Positions 52,124 to 62,526 of a stretch of DNA of 64,000 bases are shown in pieces. How positions within the stretch are numbered: position 1 is the stretch's first letter; each line of letters begins with the position of its first letter. The notes beneath the pieces are model-generated. The model made no database searches. It was not told the DNA's origin and worked only from the letters and a program-made list of their open reading frames with translations. The stretch is taken from the sequence record OQ990039; one strand, written 5' to 3'. Source of the DNA: Escherichia phage SUT_E420. Both the position numbers and the translations under genes were made by a program.

Positions 52124-54373
52124 TTACCTTATATGGATGTACCCGTTTTGCAGGTCTATCTTCATTCTGTAATAGGCTTCCGGATTATCAGATAATGCAG
52201 CGTTTCTATCATAAATAACGTTAACACCGATCTGAGATAAGAAGGCATTATTTGCTACAATCTTACTGGCGGTTACCGTACCATTAACTATCATATCGCC
52301 ATGCAGTACCATTGCTGGGTTAACCCAACCGGAACCATTCCATTGACGAGTAAATGCAGATTGCGGAGCATTACTATTAAACTCTGTCAATACATCATAT
52401 CTAACTGGAGGACTACCAAAGTTATTCTGGAAGAAGGCATTAGCCTGCCCATCATCCCAACCACCAAGACCAGGAATACCTAAGGAATACATTCCAGGAC
52501 CACGTTGTCCATCATGTCCTATAGTACCTTCAGTACCACTCCACTGAACTACATCAGACCAGCTAGTACCTGCAAGTAGCTTATTAGTAACTGGGTCAAG
52601 TGTACCCGTAGTCGCATAGATATTTTGTGTCATATCTGTACGATTAGGTGGAGTTTTTGACCAACCAGGAGGCGGATAATCTTGTTCTAGTGGCTTTGCT
52701 GGAAGTGCAGTTGATATCTTATAAACAAATACTGTTTGCTTGCCCTGTATACCTGTTTGGATATCTACATCGCCATTTGGTGTTCCAATTACTACTCCAC
52801 TAGAAATACGTAGTACATCACCATCATAACGAATCCACTGTGTGGCATTACCAATGTCTAACTTAGCTTTGGCAGAGGTATTATCCATGCCCATCCAAAT
52901 ACCGGAGTTATTATCCCCCCAAGATTTACCTTGAGTGTAAATTGCTGGATTATCCTTACCGGATAAGTTAGTCATGATAAAATTCGCAGCATTAATATCT
53001 CTAGTAATTACTTTACCATCAACGTTAACAACACGGTTTATAGGATCAAAAGAAATAGGTGCTTTTCCCTCTTCATCTAGCAGACCAATGTTAATAGCAC
53101 CAGTAGCTGCATCGATTAAGAATGTCTGTCTCCAGATTTCTCCATCTTTCATGCTGCCCTTAATAAAGGCATAGTTAACATCAATACCAGTCTCATTGAC
53201 AAAGCTGTTATCTAGAGGAGTATCTTCATTCAATATAAATGTTACAGGAGCTGATTCTGTTATATCTTGTTTATTTGGTCCCCAGGCAATTGATGATACC
53301 TTAAAGGTATGTTCAACTTTCCATGGGAATGATATAATTGTTGCAGCTCTGGCAGCACCAACGTTTATCTTTTGAGCTTTAGCCCAGCCAGTCTTAGCGT
53401 ATTCTTCAGAATTTATATATGTAACCAAGAACTCACGAACATTAGCACCACCACCGCGTTCCCAATCCCACTCAATTCTAACATCATATCGTTCTTTACC
53501 ATCAGCAATTCGTGCAGCTTTAAAAACAATATTGATAGGTGCAGTAGGAGGAACAAAATTATAAGCTACTGTTAAAATATTAGGGAATTCATAGTACCCA
53601 GAAGAATCAACTGTAACACCATCAGGCATAGTTACTTGACCAGATATTCTGATCTTATAATCTCCGATAGGAACTCCACCAAATTTAATAGTAGAACCTA
53701 AAGCCCCAATGTAATACTTAGTCCAAGGACTGTCTTCAGTAGCTGTACTTTTTAACTCAATAGTACAGTAGCTTGCTTCACCAGTTGTTTCTACGACAAC
53801 TATCGGTGCACCTACCCCAACATCCACAGGTTCTGATTCAGATCTTGCTGCAACAATTATTGGCTTCTCTTTTGTCCTAAAGTTAGTCTCATTAGAGAGA
53901 TTGATACCAATCTTAGCCTCTAGCAGTTCAGAATCAATAATAGAGTCGTAGAAAGCCCCTTGAATCTCGTAAGAGGTTGAAGGGGTCAGGTTATTAATCA
54001 TTATGAAGAAAGTATCTATACCAGTATAATCACGTCTATCTATACTTTCTCCTGTCTTTAACCAAAAAGATCTACCAATAANNNNNNNNNNNNNNNNNNN
54101 NNNNNNNNNNNNNNNNNNNNNNNNNNNNNNNNNNNNNNNNNNNNNNNNNNNNNNNNNNNNNNNNNNNNNNNNNNNNNNNNNGAAGAAAGTATCTATACCA
54201 GTATAATCACGTCTATCTATACTTTCTCCTGTCTTTAACCAAAAAGATCTACCAATAACGTCATAGTCAGTATATATAGAGTGCTGGACATATGCCATTG
54301 TATATCCAGTCATTATACTATTTAAGACCATTTTGGCTGGTGCATTATTCGAAATCATTAAATGGATGCCCAC
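52124..54373 (-). CDS. baseplate/tail tip protein (T5 pb4-like)
   Basis: Large structural ORF downstream of the pb3-like gene; contains the duplication artefact at 54082-54181 (true length about 690 aa). Confidence 0.5.
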   Translation of the reverse strand: MGIHLMISNNAPAKMVLNSIMTGYTMAYVQHSIYTDYDVIGRSFWLKTGESIDRRDYTGIDTFFXXXXXXXXXXXXXXXXXXXXXXXXXXXXXXXXXXIGRSFWLKTGESIDRRDYTGIDTFFIMINNLTPSTSYEIQGAFYDSIIDSELLEAKIGINLSNETNFRTKEKPIIVAARSESEPVDVGVGAPIVVVETTGEASYCTIELKSTATEDSPWTKYYIGALGSTIKFGGVPIGDYKIRISGQVTMPDGVTVDSSGYYEFPNILTVAYNFVPPTAPINIVFKAARIADGKERYDVRIEWDWERGGGANVREFLVTYINSEEYAKTGWAKAQKINVGAARAATIISFPWKVEHTFKVSSIAWGPNKQDITESAPVTFILNEDTPLDNSFVNETGIDVNYAFIKGSMKDGEIWRQTFLIDAATGAINIGLLDEEGKAPISFDPINRVVNVDGKVITRDINAANFIMTNLSGKDNPAIYTQGKSWGDNNSGIWMGMDNTSAKAKLDIGNATQWIRYDGDVLRISSGVVIGTPNGDVDIQTGIQGKQTVFVYKISTALPAKPLEQDYPPPGWSKTPPNRTDMTQNIYATTGTLDPVTNKLLAGTSWSDVVQWSGTEGTIGHDGQRGPGMYSLGIPGLGGWDDGQANAFFQNNFGSPPVRYDVLTEFNSNAPQSAFTRQWNGSGWVNPAMVLHGDMIVNGTVTASKIVANNAFLSQIGVNVIYDRNAALSDNPEAYYRMKIDLQNGYIHIR
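54082..54181. other. assembly gap (100 N) flanked by identical 77-bp copies
   Basis: 54005-54081 is identical to 54182-54258. Confidence 0.85.
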
Positions 54374-57207
54374 TCCACAGACTGTTCTCCATCATCTCCT
54401 TCTGCTCTAATACGAAAATATAGTTTTCTATTTATTCCTAGAGCATCACTGTTATGAAGAGCAAAATCTGCCTTATTATACATTAATAAATAGTCATAAG
54501 TATACTGATTTTCAATACGTACACTTCTTAGCATTCTATTCTGGGAGTCATAGATTTCCAGAGTATAGAATATACTTTCTATTATATCTTCTTCTGGTAT
54601 CCTATCCCAAGCTAGTTTTACATCTGGGCCTACAAATTCAGTTACATCCCCAGAAGCCGTATTAGTTACCCTAAAATTAGATACTACACTTAGGTTTTTA
54701 GCAGAGTTAAGTTCTATAGATAAGGTTACTGGAGAACTTCTTCTACCATTTATATCCACAGCCCTTATTTCAAATATCGCTAAGCCTGCAGGCTCTCCAA
54801 TTATCTCTTGGATCATGCGTTCATTGGGATTTGTTTCTAGTTGCTGCACAATATAAGGCTCAGCATGCCCGGAATGCACGATAGAGTAATAAACTACGTT
54901 ATTAGTTAAGCTTGGAAGCCAAGATAACTCACCATTTTTTCCTATAGAACCAACTAAACCACCGGGTGTAGGAGTATATTTAAAATCTCTAGGAGGAAGA
55001 ACGTTGTTACTAATATCTGGTATATCATTACCACTATTATCTACTTGATCAGAGTTGATAAATACATCTTCCCCATACTCCTGTAGAGTAACATTTATCT
55101 TTCCTTCTCTAGAGTTTTCGACTTCATCTACTAAAAAGTACTTCTTATCCCATCCGTAACGGTCGTATGTAAATGCAATAGCATCGTTAGGCTCAATACC
55201 AATGAATTGATATGGTAAAGAAAATGAGAGGGTTCTAGAATACCTAGATTTCTTAAGTTCTCTGTCTGCAAAACTTCTAGCAGTATAGTAGTTAGTTATA
55301 TTTGCAAAAGATAATTGTAATTTTTTATCTAAATTTTTATCCTGCTCTTTATATTTAGAGTTATAAAAGGTAATAGAGTTAGTTTTCCAGCTAAGAGCTG
55401 GGTCTACTATGGATGCTTGAACTGAGTTGAATTTATTTCTACCAGTAGTATCTGATAGCTCTAAATCACCATAAGTATCCAGAAAATTAATCTCTAATGG
55501 AGTATTAGAATATTTTTCTACAGTAATCCTATATTGACCAGATAAGTTGTTAATAGCCCCACCGTAGGATTCTAGTAAACCTTGCACATTTTTAAATACT
55601 GATTCAGATGTATCTAGAATAGTATTCATTTGTACTATTTGTCTATTTTCTGCTAATGGATCAGTCCACCCAACATATCTCCAGTATGGCTGCCAGGATA
55701 CTTGGTAAGATTCATCTATAATATCTAAGATAGCAGCTTCTTGTACCAATTGTTGTAGGGGGAACTGATCAATAGCAATGTTTGCACCATACCTATCTGA
55801 AGTTAAGTAGTCAAGTGTTTGCCAAATACCATTTAAACTAGTACTATTAGCAGTTACTCTACCATCAGGATGATAGATTTTTATCTTCTTACCCTGAATC
55901 TCAGCACTAACTTCTGGAATCTCAGTTCTATTTTCATTAATAGTAAAGCGTACTACCGCGTATGCAGTATCTAATAATTTATATCTAGTATCCCAGTACT
56001 CAGGCCCATTACCGTTCATATTTTGGAGATAGAACCCACGTTCCTTCGCTATATTTACTAATACTTCAGAAGCCGTTTGATCAGCTTTTCCATGATAAGT
56101 CCAAATCCTTATATCACCATTACCATCATTATATTTATATTCCTGACCGTGCACAGAAGGACTACTAGAAGATATTCCTGATGCTATTCTTTGCATGGTG
56201 TCTCCTGCTACTTTTTTAACACCGAAACAGGTTCTAGCAGAGCTATCATTAGAGTCCATACAAATCATAGGGTTATCCCCAAAGGAAAAGTCAAGAAAAC
56301 CGTCTATCTCTCCTTCAGCAAAAGCGTATACTACGTAAACTATATTAGGATTGTGTAATTCCGTATCCGCAAAAATAGGTATTCCCGGTATTTTCTGTAC
56401 ACCATAAACTACTGGTATATACTTAGCAGCAAGGTTAAAATCTATATCTACTTCTTTAGTAACAGTCTCATAATACTTTTTAAGACTATAACTTCTAGAT
56501 AGTCCAAATAGCTTTTTCTTAGACTTTAGCTTGTATCTTTCTTCCTGTACCTGATACTTTGCTAGAATAGAGATACTTTTATTGGCATGAAAGAACCCAT
56601 AATCTTCCTGGTATTCAAGTCTTTTAGCCCCGTTAGATGGAACTAATTGTCCTGCTACAACCTCAAGCCCTCTATGAGAAGCATCATCAGTAAACCTACC
56701 GTTAACCCTATCAAAATCATAGAATTGGTTAGAACAATTCCAAGTAATTGTAGAGGTTCCAACCCCAGAAGTACTAATGTTGTCCTTAATACCTCCACCA
56801 GTAATTCTCCCTCTAAAGTATAATAAAGGGCCATTTGTGTCTGGGTCTACAGGTAAAATAGAACCATCCTCTGTAATAATTGCTTGGTGGATTGATACTA
56901 GTCTATCTAAAAAGGATACACCATTCTGCACTAATTTCAGTACTTCATCCTGTGCTGTACCTGTAATAGTAAAAGATAGGCTGCCAATAGATAAATCTCT
57001 ATTTTGTTTATGTGTGCTAATAGACTTAACTTTACCGGCCTGGTACAAAATACCATTATATAGTACATCTCTAAAATAGTCAGTTAAGTAAATAAAAGCA
57101 GTACTAGTACCTGTAGAGCCGGGTAATTCTAGAGAAATTAGACTAGCAGTTTTTATTCTGCTATTATTTTTTAAGTAGTTTCTAGCACTATCTAATATTT
57201 TTTTCAT
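54358..57207 (-). CDS. baseplate hub protein (T5 pb3-like)
   Basis: 949 aa ORF directly downstream of the distal-tail-protein gene, the usual position of the hub protein. Confidence 0.55.
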   Translation of the reverse strand: MKKILDSARNYLKNNSRIKTASLISLELPGSTGTSTAFIYLTDYFRDVLYNGILYQAGKVKSISTHKQNRDLSIGSLSFTITGTAQDEVLKLVQNGVSFLDRLVSIHQAIITEDGSILPVDPDTNGPLLYFRGRITGGGIKDNISTSGVGTSTITWNCSNQFYDFDRVNGRFTDDASHRGLEVVAGQLVPSNGAKRLEYQEDYGFFHANKSISILAKYQVQEERYKLKSKKKLFGLSRSYSLKKYYETVTKEVDIDFNLAAKYIPVVYGVQKIPGIPIFADTELHNPNIVYVVYAFAEGEIDGFLDFSFGDNPMICMDSNDSSARTCFGVKKVAGDTMQRIASGISSSSPSVHGQEYKYNDGNGDIRIWTYHGKADQTASEVLVNIAKERGFYLQNMNGNGPEYWDTRYKLLDTAYAVVRFTINENRTEIPEVSAEIQGKKIKIYHPDGRVTANSTSLNGIWQTLDYLTSDRYGANIAIDQFPLQQLVQEAAILDIIDESYQVSWQPYWRYVGWTDPLAENRQIVQMNTILDTSESVFKNVQGLLESYGGAINNLSGQYRITVEKYSNTPLEINFLDTYGDLELSDTTGRNKFNSVQASIVDPALSWKTNSITFYNSKYKEQDKNLDKKLQLSFANITNYYTARSFADRELKKSRYSRTLSFSLPYQFIGIEPNDAIAFTYDRYGWDKKYFLVDEVENSREGKINVTLQEYGEDVFINSDQVDNSGNDIPDISNNVLPPRDFKYTPTPGGLVGSIGKNGELSWLPSLTNNVVYYSIVHSGHAEPYIVQQLETNPNERMIQEIIGEPAGLAIFEIRAVDINGRRSSPVTLSIELNSAKNLSVVSNFRVTNTASGDVTEFVGPDVKLAWDRIPEEDIIESIFYTLEIYDSQNRMLRSVRIENQYTYDYLLMYNKADFALHNSDALGINRKLYFRIRAEGDDGEQSVEWASI

Positions 57208-57818
57208 AGACTTTCCCGTAAATTTAGTGAGATGTTGGAGTATGTTCCGTTATTATTTAGTGTAGATCCAAAAGCATCACCATTCATGAGTTTTGTTCTA
57301 AATAGGATTCCATTAAATACTGGCTTCTCCGCTCCAGTAGTAGTTATAAATAAATCAGGGTATAAGTTTATAGACCATGTATTACCTGATTTGTTAAATG
57401 ATGTTATTTTATATACTTTTGGGTGGTTAGACAGCTTAAATAGATCCCCCGGTTTTGGGGTACCTGTAAGAAACCCTTTTGTATCCATAGTTATATTAGA
57501 ACCCTTCTGTCCAGCAGGTATATTTACTAGACTAGTATTACCTCTAACTCTAAAAGCTTCGTATTGGGGTAATATAACATCTATATAACCACCAGTCCTT
57601 TTGTATTCTAGAATAAAAGCATCTAGAACACTATATTCATCTGGAAATAATTCTGGATAAGAAATATTTATACCCCAGTATTGAGCAGATACCTTAACTT
57701 CGTTAACTTTACCATTTGGTAACTCATCACGAATTACTGGGTCATTATCAATCAGGTTAACACTTTCGAATCCTAAGCCTGAAAGTTCTGGATTCGTGTA
57801 TGGGTCTGGTAATCTCAT
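57204..57818 (-). CDS. distal tail protein (Dit, T5 pb9-like)
   Basis: 204 aa ORF immediately downstream of the tape measure gene. Confidence 0.55.
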   Translation of the reverse strand: MRLPDPYTNPELSGLGFESVNLIDNDPVIRDELPNGKVNEVKVSAQYWGINISYPELFPDEYSVLDAFILEYKRTGGYIDVILPQYEAFRVRGNTSLVNIPAGQKGSNITMDTKGFLTGTPKPGDLFKLSNHPKVYKITSFNKSGNTWSINLYPDLFITTTGAEKPVFNGILFRTKLMNGDAFGSTLNNNGTYSNISLNLRESL

Positions 57819-57894
57819 AGTTAATTTCTCCTCTTTAATAACAATATTATAATAGTATTAGAAAATTTTATCAAGAAATTTTTATTTTTCCATA

Positions 57895-57920
57895 AAGAAA
57901 AGGAGGACTCAAAGTCCTCC
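57895..57920 (-). terminator. rho-independent terminator/attenuator (minus) between tape measure and Dit genes
   Basis: Stem GGAGGACT/AGTCCTCC; on the minus strand followed by TTTTCTTTATGG. Confidence 0.45.
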
Positions 57921-57927
57921 TCCAGTT

Positions 57928-60900
57928 TTAAGAATTTCCTAATGTTTTCAGACTAGCACCGTTCTCATTCAGAGCTAATTCTACTGCGTCTCTTAGAGCA
58001 CTACTATTACTAGAAGCAAACTCTCTAAAACTTGCAGCATCCATAGCACTAATATTCAAGATGATAGGTCTTCCTGAAGTTGAGTTAGATGAAGTTTTTA
58101 GCTCATCATTAGGTGTAGCTTTCATAGGAATCATAGGGGTAACTACTTCTGTACCATGCTCACCCATTTGATAGCTAACCCCAGGGTACATATTACCACC
58201 CTCAGCACGAGGAACGAAAGAGTTAGCGCTACCTATACCTTGATCGCCACGAATATAAGACAGTTCACCTGCATTAGCAGACATGGACACATCTATATTC
58301 TTCTGACGTTCTCCTAAGGTTAGGTAACTAGTTGTATCCGCTCCAGAATCTGCAATACTTGACATACCAGATGCAGAAGATGCTTGAGCAAGAGCTAAGG
58401 CACCTGCCAAACCTGCCGCCACCATCAAAGGAATAGAGAACGGGTACGGTACAGCTGTCGCCGCTTGCATTACAGCTACTGCAGTTTGGATGATGATCTG
58501 CTTCTTAGCTGCGTCTTGTTGAATCTTCAACTTTTCAGCTTCTAGTTTCTTCAACTTAGCTTTAGATGCTTCTGATTTACCATCACGTTTCTGCTCTGCT
58601 GCAATAGCCTGATCAATTGCACTAACCTGTTGACTAGTACTATATTGAATCATAGAGGCCACAGTCTGCATACCTGCTGCGATCGTGGAAGTAGTGTCTA
58701 AAGACCCCATAGAGAACTGAATCATAGCATTGGTTAAATTACCCATGCTTTGAGCTACAGCAGTTGCTTCGGAATTTAACTCAGATAGTTTAGAAATTGC
58801 CTGATCATAAGAAGCCATTCTATTTCCCATATCAGCAAAATCTTTATCTTCTCCAGATAGTCCAGTTGTAGGAGTGTACACAGCACCTAAAGAAGATCCA
58901 ACAGAAGCTTGCATCTCCGCATTTCTCTGTGCCCTTAAACCTGCTAGTTGTGCCCTAGTTTCAGCTATCTTTTTATTATATTCCGCTTGTGCCGCAGCAT
59001 TACCTAATGTTTTCTGCTTTAAGTCTTCATATAATTTTAGCTGTTCCTGTAAGCGCTCCGCATTTCCCATTAATGGTTTAGCAGTAAATTGTCTTTGCTG
59101 TTCTTCCTCTCTACCAGCAGCCATTGAAGCAATCTGATCTTGGCGGAATTTCCAGATTTCACGTTCAATTTGGGCTTGAGCACGTCTAGACTGTTCCGCC
59201 TCTTTCTGTTTATCAGCTTGTTTTGTATACCATTCGTACTTCTCTTTTTCAATGGTCAATTCAAGATTTAACTGTGCTAAACGATACTGAGTATCTGTCA
59301 TAGTACGGTTATTTAAGAGAGCTATCTCACGGTCTACACCCAGAATTTTATCTGTATAATCCTTAACTTTCTTCTGAGCTTCCATACCCTGATTGGTAAG
59401 CTTAAGTTTCTCCAGCTGAATTTTTTCAATCTCTTTCTCAACAGCTTTATTTCCCTGATTAGTTTGAAGTACACGGCGTAAAGCAGCCTCTTGCTCTTCT
59501 AACTGTTGGAGTTCTAAACGCCTACCGGCTTCCTGTGCTTTTTCTTTATCTTTAGTTTGGTTGTATACGTCAGCTATCTTCTGTTGAACTGCTAACTGGT
59601 TCTTAGTCTCATTACCGGTTAGTTTAACGTACTCAGATAAGGCCTGAGACGCAGTTTTCATTTCAGACAGAGTATTATAGCCTAGGTTAAGGTTTTTAAC
59701 ATACTCGTCTGCACTTTTACCAGTACCTTGAGATAGTGATTCTATATTTTTTATAGCATCTGCTAAAGTAGCACTAGTCTTAGCAGCAGTATCTGTATTC
59801 TGAGCAACGTTCTGTATATCATTAGCTAAGTCACTAGCAGTTTTCTTAGTCTGATTATATGCCTTTTGTTGTTCAGTTAGTCCTTTTAATACAGTAGAGT
59901 TAAAATCGTATACAGCATCAGGATCAGTAGTATCTCTCTGTAGATTAATCTGTTTCTGAAACTCTGGATTAGCTTTTGCAGCAGCAGCTCCAGCAGCCTG
60001 ATAAGCTGATTTCCAAGCATTGAGGTTCTCTGTAGAATCCTCTACTTCCTTACCGAGTCTAGTTACTTGTAGACCCATAGCTGCGGTTTCTTCTACAAAC
60101 TTTTTATTAGCTTCGGAAGCACCCGCGGCTGCAATACCAACAGGAATACCTTCACCAACTTGACGTATAGCTAGTTTTGTATAGAAATCTGCTTGTTCCA
60201 TTCGTTTATCGAACTCAGATTTTAGCTTATTACGCTTATCAAGAGATTCCTTATACATATCTAGAGCTTTATTATAGCCTTCTTCAGAAGCAGCTAAACT
60301 TAAAGCAACAGCACCAACGTTGGTAGGGTCTATCTGTCTATTAGTTTTTTCTTGAGCTCTAGCTGCCTCAGCAGATATAGAAGCCTGAGATGTATAAAAT
60401 ACTGTGTTGATAGCATCAATTACTGGCCCTAAATACTTAGCAGCAGCTTGTTGTATTTTTCTTAGTGCAGCATCTGCATTAGCAGCAAATTGCTCCCATG
60501 GAGTTGCACGTAGTACTTCATCTAGATAGCCAAACCGTTTAGTAGATTCAGCAATTACTGCATTAGCATATGCTTGTTGCTTCTGGAAAGTGGTAAGACT
60601 ATTAACATTATATGTTATACCTGTGTTTGCAGCATTTAACTGTTTAACATAATCAGCGTATGCGTCATTAAGACGGATAGTGACACCAAGTTCATCCAGA
60701 AGTTCGATTTCTTGTTTAGATACGCCCTTAATTACACGGTTAAGTGCATCAGTCATATCAACGCCAAGAACAGCAGCCGCACGACGAGCTACTAAACCAA
60801 ATTTATTAAGTTGTTCAGCATCAAATCCATAAGCAGATGCTGAAGATGCCTGTCTCATTGCTTCCTCAAAAGAAATAGCATATCCAGCAGCTTCTTGTAG

Positions 60901-61608
60901 TGATCTAGCAAGGGTCTGAACAGGAGTACCTGTCTGAGTACCTACTATAACACCAAATTTTTCTAGACGATTTAGCTGATCACCTAGTTTAAGTTGTTCA
61001 AATGCTGATTGCAAAACGAAGATGTTGGAAGCAAGAGCTGCGTACATAATAGGTAGACTACCACCGATCTTAGCCATTGCCGCAAAATCACGAGTTGCAC
61101 CACGTGCTGAACCAGAGGTATTACCAATAGCTCTAGAAGCTCTACCAGCGGCACCAGCAGTGTCGTTAAAACCTCTAGCTGTACCACCTAATGCTCTATT
61201 AGTATCGTATAATCTATCCTGGACTTTTTCTGTTGCAGCTGCAACATCATTACCCATTGTTTTAACAGATCTAGAAACTCCATCAAATCCAATTTCTAGT
61301 TTATCTGTTACTTCAATAAGTTGGATAGCCAGGTAATCTAGCTTATCACCAATACCATCAATGGATTTAGTAATACCAGCCATACCCCTACTAGCTTGCA
61401 TTTTAGTAAGACTTTTCGCTGCTCTGTCTGCTGCCCTCTCAATGGAATAAAGAGTTCTGGGCATTTTACCTAACTGCTCATTTGTCAGTTCGGAAGCAGC
61501 AGCAGCATTTTCCAACGCATCAGATACGTTTTCAATAGACTTTGCAGTACGAGTTGCCCCCTTCTGTTTAACGTCTATTAGTAATTCTCGTATTAGCTTA
61601 TCAGTCAT
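57928..61608 (-). CDS. tail tape measure protein (T5 pb2-like)
   Basis: 1226 aa; Ala/Gln/Lys-rich coiled coil, hydrophobic segment near residue 1000, C-terminal Gly-containing region; canonical siphovirus position. Confidence 0.8.
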   Translation of the reverse strand: MTDKLIRELLIDVKQKGATRTAKSIENVSDALENAAAASELTNEQLGKMPRTLYSIERAADRAAKSLTKMQASRGMAGITKSIDGIGDKLDYLAIQLIEVTDKLEIGFDGVSRSVKTMGNDVAAATEKVQDRLYDTNRALGGTARGFNDTAGAAGRASRAIGNTSGSARGATRDFAAMAKIGGSLPIMYAALASNIFVLQSAFEQLKLGDQLNRLEKFGVIVGTQTGTPVQTLARSLQEAAGYAISFEEAMRQASSASAYGFDAEQLNKFGLVARRAAAVLGVDMTDALNRVIKGVSKQEIELLDELGVTIRLNDAYADYVKQLNAANTGITYNVNSLTTFQKQQAYANAVIAESTKRFGYLDEVLRATPWEQFAANADAALRKIQQAAAKYLGPVIDAINTVFYTSQASISAEAARAQEKTNRQIDPTNVGAVALSLAASEEGYNKALDMYKESLDKRNKLKSEFDKRMEQADFYTKLAIRQVGEGIPVGIAAAGASEANKKFVEETAAMGLQVTRLGKEVEDSTENLNAWKSAYQAAGAAAAKANPEFQKQINLQRDTTDPDAVYDFNSTVLKGLTEQQKAYNQTKKTASDLANDIQNVAQNTDTAAKTSATLADAIKNIESLSQGTGKSADEYVKNLNLGYNTLSEMKTASQALSEYVKLTGNETKNQLAVQQKIADVYNQTKDKEKAQEAGRRLELQQLEEQEAALRRVLQTNQGNKAVEKEIEKIQLEKLKLTNQGMEAQKKVKDYTDKILGVDREIALLNNRTMTDTQYRLAQLNLELTIEKEKYEWYTKQADKQKEAEQSRRAQAQIEREIWKFRQDQIASMAAGREEEQQRQFTAKPLMGNAERLQEQLKLYEDLKQKTLGNAAAQAEYNKKIAETRAQLAGLRAQRNAEMQASVGSSLGAVYTPTTGLSGEDKDFADMGNRMASYDQAISKLSELNSEATAVAQSMGNLTNAMIQFSMGSLDTTSTIAAGMQTVASMIQYSTSQQVSAIDQAIAAEQKRDGKSEASKAKLKKLEAEKLKIQQDAAKKQIIIQTAVAVMQAATAVPYPFSIPLMVAAGLAGALALAQASSASGMSSIADSGADTTSYLTLGERQKNIDVSMSANAGELSYIRGDQGIGSANSFVPRAEGGNMYPGVSYQMGEHGTEVVTPMIPMKATPNDELKTSSNSTSGRPIILNISAMDAASFREFASSNSSALRDAVELALNENGASLKTLGNS

Positions 61609-61625
61609 GTTTTATTTTTCCCAAT

Positions 61626-61656
61626 AAAAAAGGCTCTGGGCAAATCACCCAGAGCC
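61626..61656 (-). terminator. rho-independent terminator/attenuator (minus) upstream of the tape measure gene
   Basis: 9-bp stem GGCTCTGGG/CCCAGAGCC; on the minus strand followed by TTTTTTATTGGG. Confidence 0.5.
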
Positions 61657-61691
61657 AAGCCTCATCGTGGAACGCCCATTGGAGGAAACTT

Positions 61692-62060
61692 TTACCGTGC
61701 ACGAGATCTAGCATGTGGCTTAACGTTAGGAATCCTTCCGTTTTGCGGTTTATGCTGCTCAGCACGCTTACGTGCAGCATCTACAGCTTTAGCATCAAAT
61801 ATATTGATAATGTGTAGAACGAATTCTTTTTCTATAGGATCAGTAATCCCATAAATATCAAATAAAACACCTAATGCAGCCTTATCCTTACCTATAAAAA
61901 TAGGGAAGTCACCCGGTATGAAACAGTCAATTAGACTGTTATAAATATTCATACTAATAGATACAATAGGTGGAAAATCTTCGAGTTCAACGGGCATAGC
62001 CTTAGGATCAGGCTCTATACCCATTGACTCGCAAAGTATTAAATATTGTTGTTTAGTCAT
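61692..62060 (-). CDS. tail assembly protein, possible chaperone partner (122 aa)
   Basis: Small ORF between the chaperone-like gene and the tape measure gene; basic C-terminal tail. Confidence 0.4.
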   Translation of the reverse strand: MTKQQYLILCESMGIEPDPKAMPVELEDFPPIVSISMNIYNSLIDCFIPGDFPIFIGKDKAALGVLFDIYGITDPIEKEFVLHIINIFDAKAVDAARKRAEQHKPQNGRIPNVKPHARSRAR

Positions 62061-62121
62061 TTTAGATGCTGAGCTTTTAATACATTTGTCTGCAAAATCA
62101 GCAACAGCATCTAGGAGTTCT

Positions 62122-62526
62122 TTACGCTTTTGGGCTACGAAAAGTGTCTAAGTGGAACACTGTTTGGTTGATCCAAGAATCAAACGCAGCAGAGTTCTGC
62201 ATAAGCATTACAGCATTATCGCGGCTAAAAGGAACTTCAGTAGCGGGATCAGCATCTGTTTCAATCAGCATCAGTTTTTCAACGTCACCTACAGTCAAAC
62301 CAGTCCAACCTTTAATAGCTGCGTCAACAAATGCTTCAATGAACTTATCATCATCCTGCACTTGTATCAGTGTACCATTAACCCATTCGTCACGTTTAGC
62401 AGAAGAAATAACACGTTTAGAGGTAGCGCGAGACATATAGTTAAGTTCTAGTTTAAAGTTTGGCATACCTGGGTAGGAAAGAGTAATAGTACGAGTATCA
62501 AGAGTAATATCTTTTAAATTAATCAT
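62122..62526 (-). CDS. tail assembly chaperone-like protein (134 aa)
   Basis: Acidic small protein upstream of the tape measure gene, the typical gpG-like position. Confidence 0.45.
   Translation of the reverse strand: MINLKDITLDTRTITLSYPGMPNFKLELNYMSRATSKRVISSAKRDEWVNGTLIQVQDDDKFIEAFVDAAIKGWTGLTVGDVEKLMLIETDADPATEVPFSRDNAVMLMQNSAAFDSWINQTVFHLDTFRSPKA

Noticed and set aside
5834-54258. The 77-bp direct repeats flanking N-runs could be target-site duplications around masked mobile-element insertions.
   Set aside because: All ten are exactly 77 bp with exactly 100 N between them, and removing one copy plus the Ns restores a continuous reading frame each time; 77-bp target duplications are not biologically plausible, and the pattern fits assembler k-mer overlaps.
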